Source: a virus
Reading direction: 5' to 3' (one strand)
Length of the DNA stretch: 64,000 nt
Virus record (IMG/VR): IMGVR_UViG_3300042807_000094
Both the position numbers and the translations under genes were made by a program. Shown here piece after piece: positions 45,398-54,045 of this stretch. The first letter of the stretch is position 1; the number at the start of each line of letters is the position of its first letter. The notes below the pieces were generated by a model. That model did no database searches and had not been told where the DNA came from. It was given only the letters and a program-made list of their open reading frames with translations.

Positions 45398-46006
45398 TCA
45401 ACCTCTCTTGCCTAGCAGATCGTCCAAAATGGAGTCGATAGTAACTAGTTTATTTGTATTTCTTTTACCTTCGTACACAACGTTGTCCATGAAGGCTTTT
45501 GGTGTAGAAGGTTCTGATACAATGTCAAAACAGATAAGCTGGAAATCGTCTTCTACGATTGTCTGACCGCCACGATTAGATACAGAACCTAAACCGCGTG
45601 AAGAAATACCAATCTTAACTCCATCGTTGACCAAAGCTCTAAGAGTTTGACCAGATGGGGTAGAAAGAACCTTTACTTTACCCATAAGTGTCTTACCATC
45701 CCACCACATGTCGGTAACCATGTGTGAAGAGTTTCGAAGATTGACAACCGAATCATCTGGGTGGTCTAACTCTCCAACTGCACGGCGATCACGGACAACC
45801 TCCATGTATTTCTCTACTTCTCTCATGAGAACAGGGAATGGATACACGCGACCATTTCCGTTTAGTCTTTCTGCTTCGTGGCATTTGCCAACAAGATAAA
45901 GAGCTTTACCATCTGCCATTTGTCTCTTCTCAGACTCAGTTAGAACGTCGAGACACATTCCATCGGGACAAAGTTCGTAGAACTCTTTTAGTATTTGTTT
46001 AGTCAT
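45398..46006 (-). CDS. Prohead core protease (T4 gp21-like)
   Basis: NGRVYP, GELDHP, SHMV, TPSGQ, GISSRGLGS, DIVSEPS. Confidence 0.93.
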   Translation of the reverse strand: MTKQILKEFYELCPDGMCLDVLTESEKRQMADGKALYLVGKCHEAERLNGNGRVYPFPVLMREVEKYMEVVRDRRAVGELDHPDDSVVNLRNSSHMVTDMWWDGKTLMGKVKVLSTPSGQTLRALVNDGVKIGISSRGLGSVSNRGGQTIVEDDFQLICFDIVSEPSTPKAFMDNVVYEGKRNTNKLVTIDSILDDLLGKRG

Positions 46007-46030
46007 TTTATACCTTTATGGTTATCAAGA

Positions 46031-46086
46031 TAAATAGTTGTCTATTTGCCAAAAAAGAAAGCCACCCTGTTTAGCAGAGTGGCTTT
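46031..46086 (-). terminator. Intrinsic terminator (46051-46086) followed by ACTATTTA motif (46031-46038)
   Basis: AAAGCCAC/GTGGCTTT stem then TCTTTTTT. Confidence 0.75.
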
Positions 46087-46113
46087 ATCGAATACGGGCG
46101 CAACCCGCGTGAG

Positions 46114-46173
46114 TTAGCTGCCGTTACAGCAGCGACGAACTGGCTGAAGCATCCACTTAGCAGTCATGCACAT
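46114..46173 (-). CDS. Candidate 19-aa peptide MCMTAKWMLQPVRRCCNGS
   Basis: ATG 3 nt after upstream stop, purine-rich GGGGTGAG upstream, fills gap before terminator. Confidence 0.35.
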   Translation of the reverse strand: MCMTAKWMLQPVRRCCNGS

Positions 46174-46176
46174 AAC

Positions 46177-46761
46177 TCACCCCCTTCTTTTGGATTCTTG
46201 CGTAATACGACGAACGATTGATTCTGCGATTTGCTCTTCTAGGTTAGAGAGTGGGCCTTTCTCTCTAGCGAACTTTGAAGTACTGCGTGCTTCCTTCTTA
46301 GCTGCTCTTGCGGTTCTAGCTAGTTCGGCTAGTTCGGTAGCAAACTCGGCTAGCATAGCGGCGAACTGTTCATTACCTTTGGCGCGACCTGCGTAGCCAG
46401 TTAGCTCGCTGGTGGTAGCTTTGGCCATTTTAACTGTTTTGGCTATATCTGCTTTGAGTGAACCCATAGCAGCGGCGTCGAGTACTTCACCACCTGCTTT
46501 GCCTACCTTCTCAGCAGCAGCGCCAAGACCTTTACCAACAGTTTCGAGTCCACGCTCGCCTGCGGCGATACCTCTTTCTAATGCGCCATATGCTTTCTCG
46601 CCTGCTGCGCCTGCGGCGCGGCCAACGGCACCGGCTGCTTTGCGACCAACGCTAGCTAAGCCTCTTGCGGCACCACCAAGGGCACCGAAAAGACCTTCTT
46701 CGATAGCAGCTTGTACTTCTTCGGCAACGATTGCCTTTAGTTGAGCTTCAGTGAGTTTCAT
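46177..46761 (-). CDS. Ala/Gly-rich protein with MKLTEAQLKAIVAEE leader (candidate internal head protein)
   Basis: Leader motif; located in head module. Confidence 0.7.
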   Translation of the reverse strand: MKLTEAQLKAIVAEEVQAAIEEGLFGALGGAARGLASVGRKAAGAVGRAAGAAGEKAYGALERGIAAGERGLETVGKGLGAAAEKVGKAGGEVLDAAAMGSLKADIAKTVKMAKATTSELTGYAGRAKGNEQFAAMLAEFATELAELARTARAAKKEARSTSKFAREKGPLSNLEEQIAESIVRRITQESKRRG

Positions 46762-47093
46762 TATTTATCCCCTTTAATATCAATAGATTTATGAGTAAAC
46801 CGTAAACCTTCGTCGTTTACTAACATACTAAGTAGGTATGAAGTTCCCGCTGAAGTCCAGCCACAAATCAAAAAGTTTGTAACTGACTGGTCAAAACTAA
46901 ATAGTTCGGTATACGGAGAAAGTAAAAATAAAAACCATCCCGCATGGAATCCGAAACACAGTGGACAATGAAATAGCTTACCAAATCCACCTAACCATTC
47001 TTTCGATGGTCTTAACTTATTAAAAATAGAAGCATAAACAACGAGGTAAGTAAGTCCATAAGAGCAGAGAATAAACCAAGCAAGTTGTAGCAT
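46761..47093 (-). CDS. Membrane protein with CxxC (DUF1360-like)
   Basis: Hydrophobic helices, KLFHCPLCFGFHAGW; start placed at MLQLAW. Confidence 0.55.
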   Translation of the reverse strand: MLQLAWFILCSYGLTYLVVYASIFNKLRPSKEWLGGFGKLFHCPLCFGFHAGWFLFLLSPYTELFSFDQSVTNFLICGWTSAGTSYLLSMLVNDEGLRFTHKSIDIKGDK

Positions 47094-47103
47094 TTTTATT
47101 CCA

Positions 47104-47649
47104 TCAATAAGTAAAGGATTGCCAGTAATAGGCATTACCATAAGTAAACGGTGAGCCGCCAACAGTACCCTTCTTCGAAGCTTGTGGGACTTCACCAAGT
47201 CGTGTTGAATCCTCGTCGGTCGGATCAGTAAACTTATCAACCATCATTTCGTCATAATCTTCAACAAACTCAAAGTATGGTTTCTCTTCTTCGATGAAGC
47301 GATGAATGTTCAAAATCAAAAGCTTAATAACATCAAACTTGTCTGATGGGAAATATTTGGCTTCGATTGAATCGTAAACGTTTCCGCCTTGAATAGACTC
47401 TGGGCTTACAAGACCTCTCTTCGAAAGATAATGAAATAATCTATTCTGTGCGCCATAAACATAGTCGCTCATGACATCTTTTGCGTAAGCGACTATCTTA
47501 GAAGCTTTTGGTTGAATAACGATATAGATATCGGCATGATCGAATATCATAACATCGTCATTCAAAGACTTTGCTAGTTTAAGATTGACGATCTCTTTTG
47601 GTTCGATCTTTTGCGGCTGAGCCGATCCGATTCTAATCGTTATTGCCAT
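47104..47649 (-). CDS. Hypothetical protein
   Basis: ORF in portal-protease gene run. Confidence 0.65.
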   Translation of the reverse strand: MAITIRIGSAQPQKIEPKEIVNLKLAKSLNDDVMIFDHADIYIVIQPKASKIVAYAKDVMSDYVYGAQNRLFHYLSKRGLVSPESIQGGNVYDSIEAKYFPSDKFDVIKLLILNIHRFIEEEKPYFEFVEDYDEMMVDKFTDPTDEDSTRLGEVPQASKKGTVGGSPFTYGNAYYWQSFTY

Positions 47650-48457
47650 TGTCAGTAATCTCCTGCGCTAAAGCCTGAAGTTTTAGAACTTTCTCAAGTA
47701 TTTGCTCGTTGATGGGTGTTTTCCTGAACGATTCGATTAGCTCTAGAACTGATTTTAGTCTTTCGGTGACATTTGGATCACCACCTCTATAACTAGTTAT
47801 GGCTTCCTTTATTACTTGGATTTCTTCGTTCAAACGCATCTGGAACTGAAGTCCTCCGTCGCTGATCGACATAACATAGCTTTCAATCAACTTGCGTTGA
47901 GATTCATTAAGTGTTTGGTTGTACTTGTTGTTGAAGTTCTGGACAACAGTACGATAAACCAAGTTATCGATAGGCTGCATTTCAGCTTTCTTCTGTTGTA
48001 CCGGACGTTCCATAAGTGTTCCAACAAGCTTTCTTTCAAGGATGACTTTTTGCTTTACATTGGACTCATCGCCAAAAATCTGAGAGATTGTGGCTAAGGT
48101 CTTGTAGTTTGGAACGAATGTATCAAACGCATCTTGACCAACGTTTTTATTGATCCAGTTAATAAGCTTTGTTTGTTCATTAAAGAGTTCCTTTAAATCA
48201 AGCTTTTGATAAGCATTGTAGCTTTCTTGGATCAAGCGCATTGCTGTAAAGCTATCGACGCTGTTTGTCTCATATAGGTTCTTGTAAAGTGATAACTCAT
48301 TAGCCAATGGTTTGCCTGCTCTAAAGAAGGCCGAAAAGACTTCTTTGATTTGGGTTATCATTGACTTGTTCTGCTGTAATGAAGCAATAGCAAGTTGCTT
48401 TACAAGTAACTCATAAAGAAAAGCGGTGTTTCTTTTCTTATTGTGGCGCAATCTCAT
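47633..48457 (-). CDS. Hypothetical helical protein
   Basis: HNKKRNTAFLYELL; overlaps portal stop. Confidence 0.7.
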   Translation of the reverse strand: MRLRHNKKRNTAFLYELLVKQLAIASLQQNKSMITQIKEVFSAFFRAGKPLANELSLYKNLYETNSVDSFTAMRLIQESYNAYQKLDLKELFNEQTKLINWINKNVGQDAFDTFVPNYKTLATISQIFGDESNVKQKVILERKLVGTLMERPVQQKKAEMQPIDNLVYRTVVQNFNNKYNQTLNESQRKLIESYVMSISDGGLQFQMRLNEEIQVIKEAITSYRGGDPNVTERLKSVLELIESFRKTPINEQILEKVLKLQALAQEITDNGNND

Positions 48458-50472
48458 TTCTTTTTCTCCAATGATTCTAATAGACGATTGACTTCTTTTT
48501 GGGTTCGGAAGATCTCAGCTTCTTCTTCAAGATAAGTAGTTGCCGAGCTTTCGTAGATTTTACCAGAGACTAAACCAGACAGTTCTTTACTGCCGGGAGT
48601 CCTAGTTCTTGCTGTACCTCCCAAAGCTGCCTCTGGGAATGCTACTGATGTAAGATTCTTCTTTCTTGCGACAGAACCTTTATTTCTACCCCCCGGTTTC
48701 TGGCCGTAGTAGTAAGTTTTTCCACTTGGTCCACGACGGAGGTATTCTTTACGCCCGTGGAGGCCGACTCTATAGGCCCCTTCTTCGTCTTCCTGTAATG
48801 GGGCTTCCCCGCCGGGGGCACCACCGGGAGCAGCGAGAAGAGGTTCTTCGGCACCAGCTTCTTCAGGTGCGGGGGCTTCTGCGGCAGCTTCAGGAGCGGC
48901 CTCTTCAGCACCAGCTTCAGCTTCTGCTCCCAAATCTCCAAGACCACCACCGGCCTCTCCACCAAGCTCGCCTCCAAGACCAGCACCGAGGCCACCGCCA
49001 ATACCAGCAGCTTCTTCTTGCATCTTCTCAGCGACAGCGTTAATCTGTGCGTCGAACTTACGGTCATAGAAGATCTCGCGTTGATTGCGAAGGAACTCTT
49101 CTTCTGACATATTGAATAGCTTCTCAGCAATCCAACGGCGTGAGAAGTAGCCTTCGGTTGCTTTGCTAGCAACGTCAAACTTGCTTGACCAGTGTTCTAG
49201 CTCTTGCATTTCTGCGATCTTGGATGGATTATTTAGGCTAAGAGAGAAGTTGAGTAGATCATCCCCTCTATAGCCAATAGTATAAAGATGGATAATACCA
49301 ATCTTTTCTAGTTCTGATACGACAATCCTTTGTAGTCTTTGGATTGTTCTAGCAAAGCGAATGTCTTTTTGAGCTAGAGTAGTCTTATCTTCTTCTGCTC
49401 CTTCTGCTCTTGAGATGTAAGAAGCTGGAATCTTAAGGGCAGAGAACAACTTGTCGCGAAGATATTTAACGTCATCAATGTCACCTGTAAATGTACCACC
49501 AGCCAAAGAAGTGATTTCTGTTGCTGAGCCACCACGAACAGGGATGTAGTAATCCTCTTCTACCGAAAGTGGATTGTAACGAAGATCGACGCGGCCTGTT
49601 GTATCGTCCAAGATAGTGTTACGCTTCATTGAGGTAATGACCTTCTGAACGTATTGTTCTACTTCGTTTGGAGGAATACCACCAACGTCAATCTTAAATA
49701 CACGACGCTCTGGAGCGCGAACGATGCGGTAAGCCATCATAGCATCTTCAAGAAGTGTTAGTTGACGCCAAATACGACGAGCAGCTTCTAGAACTGATGT
49801 ACCATAAGGAGCATACTTATCATTTCCAAGAATACGGAAATGTGCAACCTGCCAGTTTTCAAACGTCATACCAGCAGAGTTCCACTGGAACTGAACGTAG
49901 TTTGGATTTGTTTTGTCTTCGCCTTCTAGTCTTTCCACTTCTTGTGGAGGCAAACCGATTGCGCTTGTAATACCTTGTGCATCGTCAATATCAAGGTAAA
50001 GGAAGAAATCACCATACTTGCACATTGTACGACACCAACCAAAAAGATTGAAGTTAGCGTTTAGCACATTGTGATAAAGAGTATGAAGTACACCTTTGAT
50101 TTCTTCATTACGGCATTTAATATTCAACATTGGTTGCAGAGCAGAGTGCGTTGTCATTTCATCTGCGTAGATATCGAGTGCAGATGCAATCTCAGGCGTG
50201 TATTCCATTTGGTCAAAATCGACATAACGCTCTGAGCGGTTATGGTTGATCATAATGGCATTCTGCATATTTGAGAATGCGTATAGTTGTGAACGCTTAA
50301 ACTGCTGTCCCGAAGCTGATCGGAACTGCGATGCGTACTTGTCCATCAAGGAACGACGCAATCTTCTAGTCGATTGTGTACGATAGTTTACGAGAGGACC
50401 AGAGAATAATCTTGTTAATCTCTGGAACAGTTCAGATCCCGGATCTCTTGGGTTTTTATCTTGCTTTGCCAT
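48454..50472 (-). CDS. Portal protein (T4 gp20-like)
   Basis: MEYTPEIASALDIYADE, LEDAMMAYRIVRAPERRVFKIDVG, EEDYYIP, LFSALKIP, DIRFARTIQRLQ. Confidence 0.95.
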   Translation of the reverse strand: MAKQDKNPRDPGSELFQRLTRLFSGPLVNYRTQSTRRLRRSLMDKYASQFRSASGQQFKRSQLYAFSNMQNAIMINHNRSERYVDFDQMEYTPEIASALDIYADEMTTHSALQPMLNIKCRNEEIKGVLHTLYHNVLNANFNLFGWCRTMCKYGDFFLYLDIDDAQGITSAIGLPPQEVERLEGEDKTNPNYVQFQWNSAGMTFENWQVAHFRILGNDKYAPYGTSVLEAARRIWRQLTLLEDAMMAYRIVRAPERRVFKIDVGGIPPNEVEQYVQKVITSMKRNTILDDTTGRVDLRYNPLSVEEDYYIPVRGGSATEITSLAGGTFTGDIDDVKYLRDKLFSALKIPASYISRAEGAEEDKTTLAQKDIRFARTIQRLQRIVVSELEKIGIIHLYTIGYRGDDLLNFSLSLNNPSKIAEMQELEHWSSKFDVASKATEGYFSRRWIAEKLFNMSEEEFLRNQREIFYDRKFDAQINAVAEKMQEEAAGIGGGLGAGLGGELGGEAGGGLGDLGAEAEAGAEEAAPEAAAEAPAPEEAGAEEPLLAAPGGAPGGEAPLQEDEEGAYRVGLHGRKEYLRRGPSGKTYYYGQKPGGRNKGSVARKKNLTSVAFPEAALGGTARTRTPGSKELSGLVSGKIYESSATTYLEEEAEIFRTQKEVNRLLESLEKKK

Positions 50473-50475
50473 TTT

Positions 50476-52062
50476 CTATCCCTTTAGTAACCAACTGAAG
50501 CTTCTCTGTTCCAACGCTCTGTCCCAAGTGCTTTGCTTAAATCCACTTACATTATGTCCCTTCATACCGGGGATGGATGTAACAAAGACGCTATTTGCGG
50601 AATACATAGAATCTACGATTGCTTTTTTATACTCTATTTCTCTTTGATTTACTGTTAGTGCTGTATCCTTGACCCAGCAGCTAATCGCTAGTGACATAAC
50701 TAGATCGTCGTGATATGATCTCATCGCTTGGGCACGATTATCATTCCAGATGAATGTTTTAAACTCAGCAGCCAATCTAGAGGAATACGTCTTGATAGAT
50801 TTGTTTCTAATGAACTCTTCTAGCTTGGCTACAATCAAAGGTCTTGTCTTAGACGAGGTAGTAAATCCTGCTATTACTCTATCGGAATCAAACGTTTCGC
50901 TGGAGTCAACGAAATCATGTGTTCCTTTAGCAGAGTAGTATATGTTAGGATAACCCATTTCCTTTAGCTTTTCAAGTACAGAAATGCCTAAAGAGTTATT
51001 TTCTACAACTAATAAACAGTTGCCGAACTCTCTACCCGTATTGTACAGGAGATAAGCAAAATCTCCGAGAGTTGGCTTTCCTTGGTACTCACCAATAACT
51101 TCCATAGTTTCTAGTTTTGTTAAGTGGAATACTGAGTTGTCGGCGCCGTCGCCGCGAGCAACGTCTGCCACCAGCAAATAAGTGGCAGTAGAATCGTACT
51201 GTTCCCACATCCATAGGTTTCTGTCAAAGCCTGTACGGTATACTGGCTCACGGATTTCAGAATCAATCCTAGCTAGTTGTTCGGATGAAATGACAGTTTC
51301 GCCCGAAGAGTTGAATGAACATTCTAACTCCTGAGCAATCTGTCTAGCAGACATGTTTCTTGTTTCTTTTTCGAACCAAGCCTGATCTCTGTCTGGATGT
51401 ACATTCCAAGGTAGATTGATTGGATGGAAATCATTCTTTCCTATCTCGGCTTCGGAATAGGTTTTGTGAAACCAGTTTCCAACACCATTGGGGCTTGACA
51501 AGGCGATACAACGACCACCAGTTGACAAGGTAGGGTATAGACCGGTCCATAGCTCATCTAGACCTTCAACGAATGCAGCCTCGTCAATAACAAGCAATGA
51601 CAAAGCTTCTGAACGACCGGCATCGCCAGACGTAGAAGAAGCCTTTACTTGAGAACCATTCGTGAGTTCAAATGAGCTTCTGTTGTCAGCTTTAATATCA
51701 GAAATCCTCAACCACTTGGGAAGATTCTGCATGATGTTCTTTACTTTCTTGACCAAGTTAGCAGCAACAGTAAACTTGGTAGCAACTACTAGAACGTTTT
51801 TATCTCTATGAAATAACAAAAGCCAAGCAATGTAGGCTGCGGTAACCGTCGAGAAACCTAACTGTCTGGCTTTTAATACAATGTTAAATCGATAATCAGT
51901 AAAGTCTTGAATAGCCTCTTTTTGGAAATCGTAGAGGTTAAACGGAATAAGACCCTTTTGGGGATGGGAGATCTTACAATAGCTGTTTATGAAATAGACT
52001 GCATCTTTACCGGACTTGACTATTTCTTTTAATGTTTCCTGCTTTGTAAGAGTTGCGCTCAT
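50476..52062 (-). CDS. Terminase large subunit (T4 gp17-like)
   Basis: LKARQLGFST, LLVIDEAAF, SSPNG, ADVARGDG, HDDLVMS. Confidence 0.95.
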   Translation of the reverse strand: MSATLTKQETLKEIVKSGKDAVYFINSYCKISHPQKGLIPFNLYDFQKEAIQDFTDYRFNIVLKARQLGFSTVTAAYIAWLLLFHRDKNVLVVATKFTVAANLVKKVKNIMQNLPKWLRISDIKADNRSSFELTNGSQVKASSTSGDAGRSEALSLLVIDEAAFVEGLDELWTGLYPTLSTGGRCIALSSPNGVGNWFHKTYSEAEIGKNDFHPINLPWNVHPDRDQAWFEKETRNMSARQIAQELECSFNSSGETVISSEQLARIDSEIREPVYRTGFDRNLWMWEQYDSTATYLLVADVARGDGADNSVFHLTKLETMEVIGEYQGKPTLGDFAYLLYNTGREFGNCLLVVENNSLGISVLEKLKEMGYPNIYYSAKGTHDFVDSSETFDSDRVIAGFTTSSKTRPLIVAKLEEFIRNKSIKTYSSRLAAEFKTFIWNDNRAQAMRSYHDDLVMSLAISCWVKDTALTVNQREIEYKKAIVDSMYSANSVFVTSIPGMKGHNVSGFKQSTWDRALEQRSFSWLLKG

Positions 52063-52601
52063 GAGTCTCGTCTTGTATCATTCTTCGGACGAGTCCCTAA
52101 GCCTCCTTGTTCTAAGAAGGAGCGGAACTTTGCATCGACTGAATCTTTGCTCTCGCCCTTTACTGGATCGGTGCCTTGTGCCCCACCGATCTTGTAGGCC
52201 CTATGTGCTGTAACCCAATAGCGAATACGGGAAGTGTTTTCGGCACGAACCTTGACTTCATCGACTGGAGTTAGAGAAAGAGAACCTTTGGCCTTTGAGT
52301 AGCCACTATATTCTTTCTTAATAAAGTTAGCAACATCTTGGATTCTTTGTTCGACCTCAGACTCTAGGTTACCCTTATAGATATCCTCTAATAGAATCTC
52401 AGAGTGATATTTGATGATTAGTTGATCACCATTGAACTGCACGCCAAACCCATCCATTACTCTCTTATCGAGCAAGGGATTTCCTTCCTCGCGCTTTAGC
52501 CCAATCTTGACGGGTTCGCCCTTTCTATTTCTGGCCCCATCGTAACCTTGCTCAGCGACGATTTGTGATATTGTCTGTACTACTTCAAGTATTGTTGCCA
52601 T
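52059..52601 (-). CDS. Hypothetical protein
   Basis: ORF coupled to terminase start. Confidence 0.65.
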   Translation of the reverse strand: MATILEVVQTISQIVAEQGYDGARNRKGEPVKIGLKREEGNPLLDKRVMDGFGVQFNGDQLIIKYHSEILLEDIYKGNLESEVEQRIQDVANFIKKEYSGYSKAKGSLSLTPVDEVKVRAENTSRIRYWVTAHRAYKIGGAQGTDPVKGESKDSVDAKFRSFLEQGGLGTRPKNDTRRDS

Positions 52602-52992
52602 TTTTATTGGGCCTCCACCCAGATTTCCATCTTTCTTCTCTATCTTCTACCCACTGTACATAGCAAGTATAACAACAATCGTACTTCTTAATACAGAAGT
52701 CGTCTTTGGCGTTATTCTCTGCTTTACTACAGATTGGGCAAGGGATAAAAGAACTTTCTCTAGTAAGTAGTTTTTCGGTTATAAAAAACCCGTCAGCAAA
52801 GACTTTTCGCTCTTTGTCCCAAGTATACTGGTCTTTCTCTTTGAGAAGCTTTAGCTGTTCTAGATAAACTTCCTCTTTCTCGTCGTTCCAATAGGCTCGA
52901 AGGTTATCTACGGCCTCTTGACCGTACTTCTTTCCTATTGCTTGTTCGTAACGAGCTATCTCATTCCAATCTAGCTTTGGTTGATTACTCAT
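52585..52992 (-). CDS. Hypothetical protein with Cys cluster
   Basis: CPIC, CCYTCYVQWVE. Confidence 0.65.
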   Translation of the reverse strand: MSNQPKLDWNEIARYEQAIGKKYGQEAVDNLRAYWNDEKEEVYLEQLKLLKEKDQYTWDKERKVFADGFFITEKLLTRESSFIPCPICSKAENNAKDDFCIKKYDCCYTCYVQWVEDREERWKSGWRPNKNGNNT

Positions 52993-53444
52993 TGTTGTTT
53001 ATTCACAGCCATGTTAATACCGATAGCTGTACCACCACCAACGATGATACCGCCTAAGACGCCAGCTACAATCAAGGCTGGAATATCGGTGCGTTCTATC
53101 TTGGATAGCTTCTTATTTAGGACATCAATCTGTTCTTGCTTAGAGGTTAGCTGTACAAGCAGCTTATCTCGTTCTGCATCAGCAGAGATCTTATCGAGTT
53201 CTGCTCTCTTATCACACTCTGTCTTTAACAAGGCAGTCTGTCTTTCTAACTCTAGGTCGTATTGTTGTTCCCTGTTTTCCTTTTCAGAGATAAGGATAGC
53301 AGTCGCTAAGTCATCAAAGCATGTTGCTTGAAATGGAACTCTTCCATCTTTTGGTACGAGGACAAACTTCCCCTTTTGTTCTTCGCCATGTGCATTGGCG
53401 GATAGTAGTAATAGTATTAAGACAAAGACAATCTTATTCCACAT
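52989..53444 (-). CDS. Secreted/membrane coiled-coil protein, spanin-like
   Basis: Signal-peptide-like N-terminus, coiled coil, C-terminal hydrophobic helix. Confidence 0.4.
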   Translation of the reverse strand: MWNKIVFVLILLLLSANAHGEEQKGKFVLVPKDGRVPFQATCFDDLATAILISEKENREQQYDLELERQTALLKTECDKRAELDKISADAERDKLLVQLTSKQEQIDVLNKKLSKIERTDIPALIVAGVLGGIIVGGGTAIGINMAVNKQQ

Positions 53445-53871
53445 GTTCAAATCCAAATGTGTTTGTAATCATAGAAGCTACTTCTTCTGGCTTGTCGGTT
53501 CTTTTCTTGACTATCTCCTTTACTCTCTTATCCTTCTTTTTGGAAAGATCTTTGAGTTTCTTCTGATAGTCTTTTTCAATCTTTGTTATTTGAGCTTGAT
53601 ATTTGACAATAGCTTCTTCTCGCTTCTTGATTTCTTCTTTATGAACTTCTTGAAGCTTATCAATCTCTTCACCCTGTATCTTGATTAGCTCTTGATACAT
53701 TTCATTATTATAACTTCTTTGGTTCTTAATGGCAATAGAAAATCCTATAATCAATCCGATTATAAGAAGTTCACGCCAATATCTGATTATCAAGCCTAGA
53801 AAGTACTTGAAATCAAACTTCTTCAGAAGTTGAACGACCGCCGCGTAGCTTGACGATAGAATCGATAACAC
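53434..53871 (-). CDS. i-spanin-like protein (N-terminal TM plus coiled coil)
   Basis: ELLIIGLIIGFSIAI then Lys/Glu-rich coiled coil; follows holin-like gene. Confidence 0.45.
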   Translation of the reverse strand: MLSILSSSYAAVVQLLKKFDFKYFLGLIIRYWRELLIIGLIIGFSIAIKNQRSYNNEMYQELIKIQGEEIDKLQEVHKEEIKKREEAIVKYQAQITKIEKDYQKKLKDLSKKKDKRVKEIVKKRTDKPEEVASMITNTFGFEHVE

Positions 53872-54022
53872 TTTGTGTCCCTATGTAAAGGCCGCTGATT
53901 AGAACCCAATCAGAGCTAGAAAGAAAGCCGATACCGGCTAAGACGGTTGCGGTGGTCCAAACCAATAGCTTTCTAGATACTAGCTTGTTCAGACCCCAAT
54001 CAATAAATGCTTTTTGTACCAT
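53813..54022 (-). CDS. Putative holin
   Basis: SRKLLV, two short TM segments, YIGTQ; ACTATTTA at 54039-54046 upstream. Confidence 0.5.
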   Translation of the reverse strand: MVQKAFIDWGLNKLVSRKLLVWTTATVLAGIGFLSSSDWVLISGLYIGTQSVIDSIVKLRGGRSTSEEV

Positions 54023-54045
54023 ATTCACACCTCTAATATAAATAG

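Noticed and set aside
48660-49040. Gly/Ala/Glu/Pro-rich repetitive stretch at the portal C-terminus
   Set aside because: Low-complexity tails are common in gp20-like portals; there is no discrete repeat unit.
46898-52771. Extra intragenic ACTA(T/C)TTA copies at 46898, 48533 and 52764
   Set aside because: They lie 75-165 nt from the next start and inside coding sequence, so could be chance. Not counted as promoters, although 46898 could serve the leader-bearing gene at 46761.
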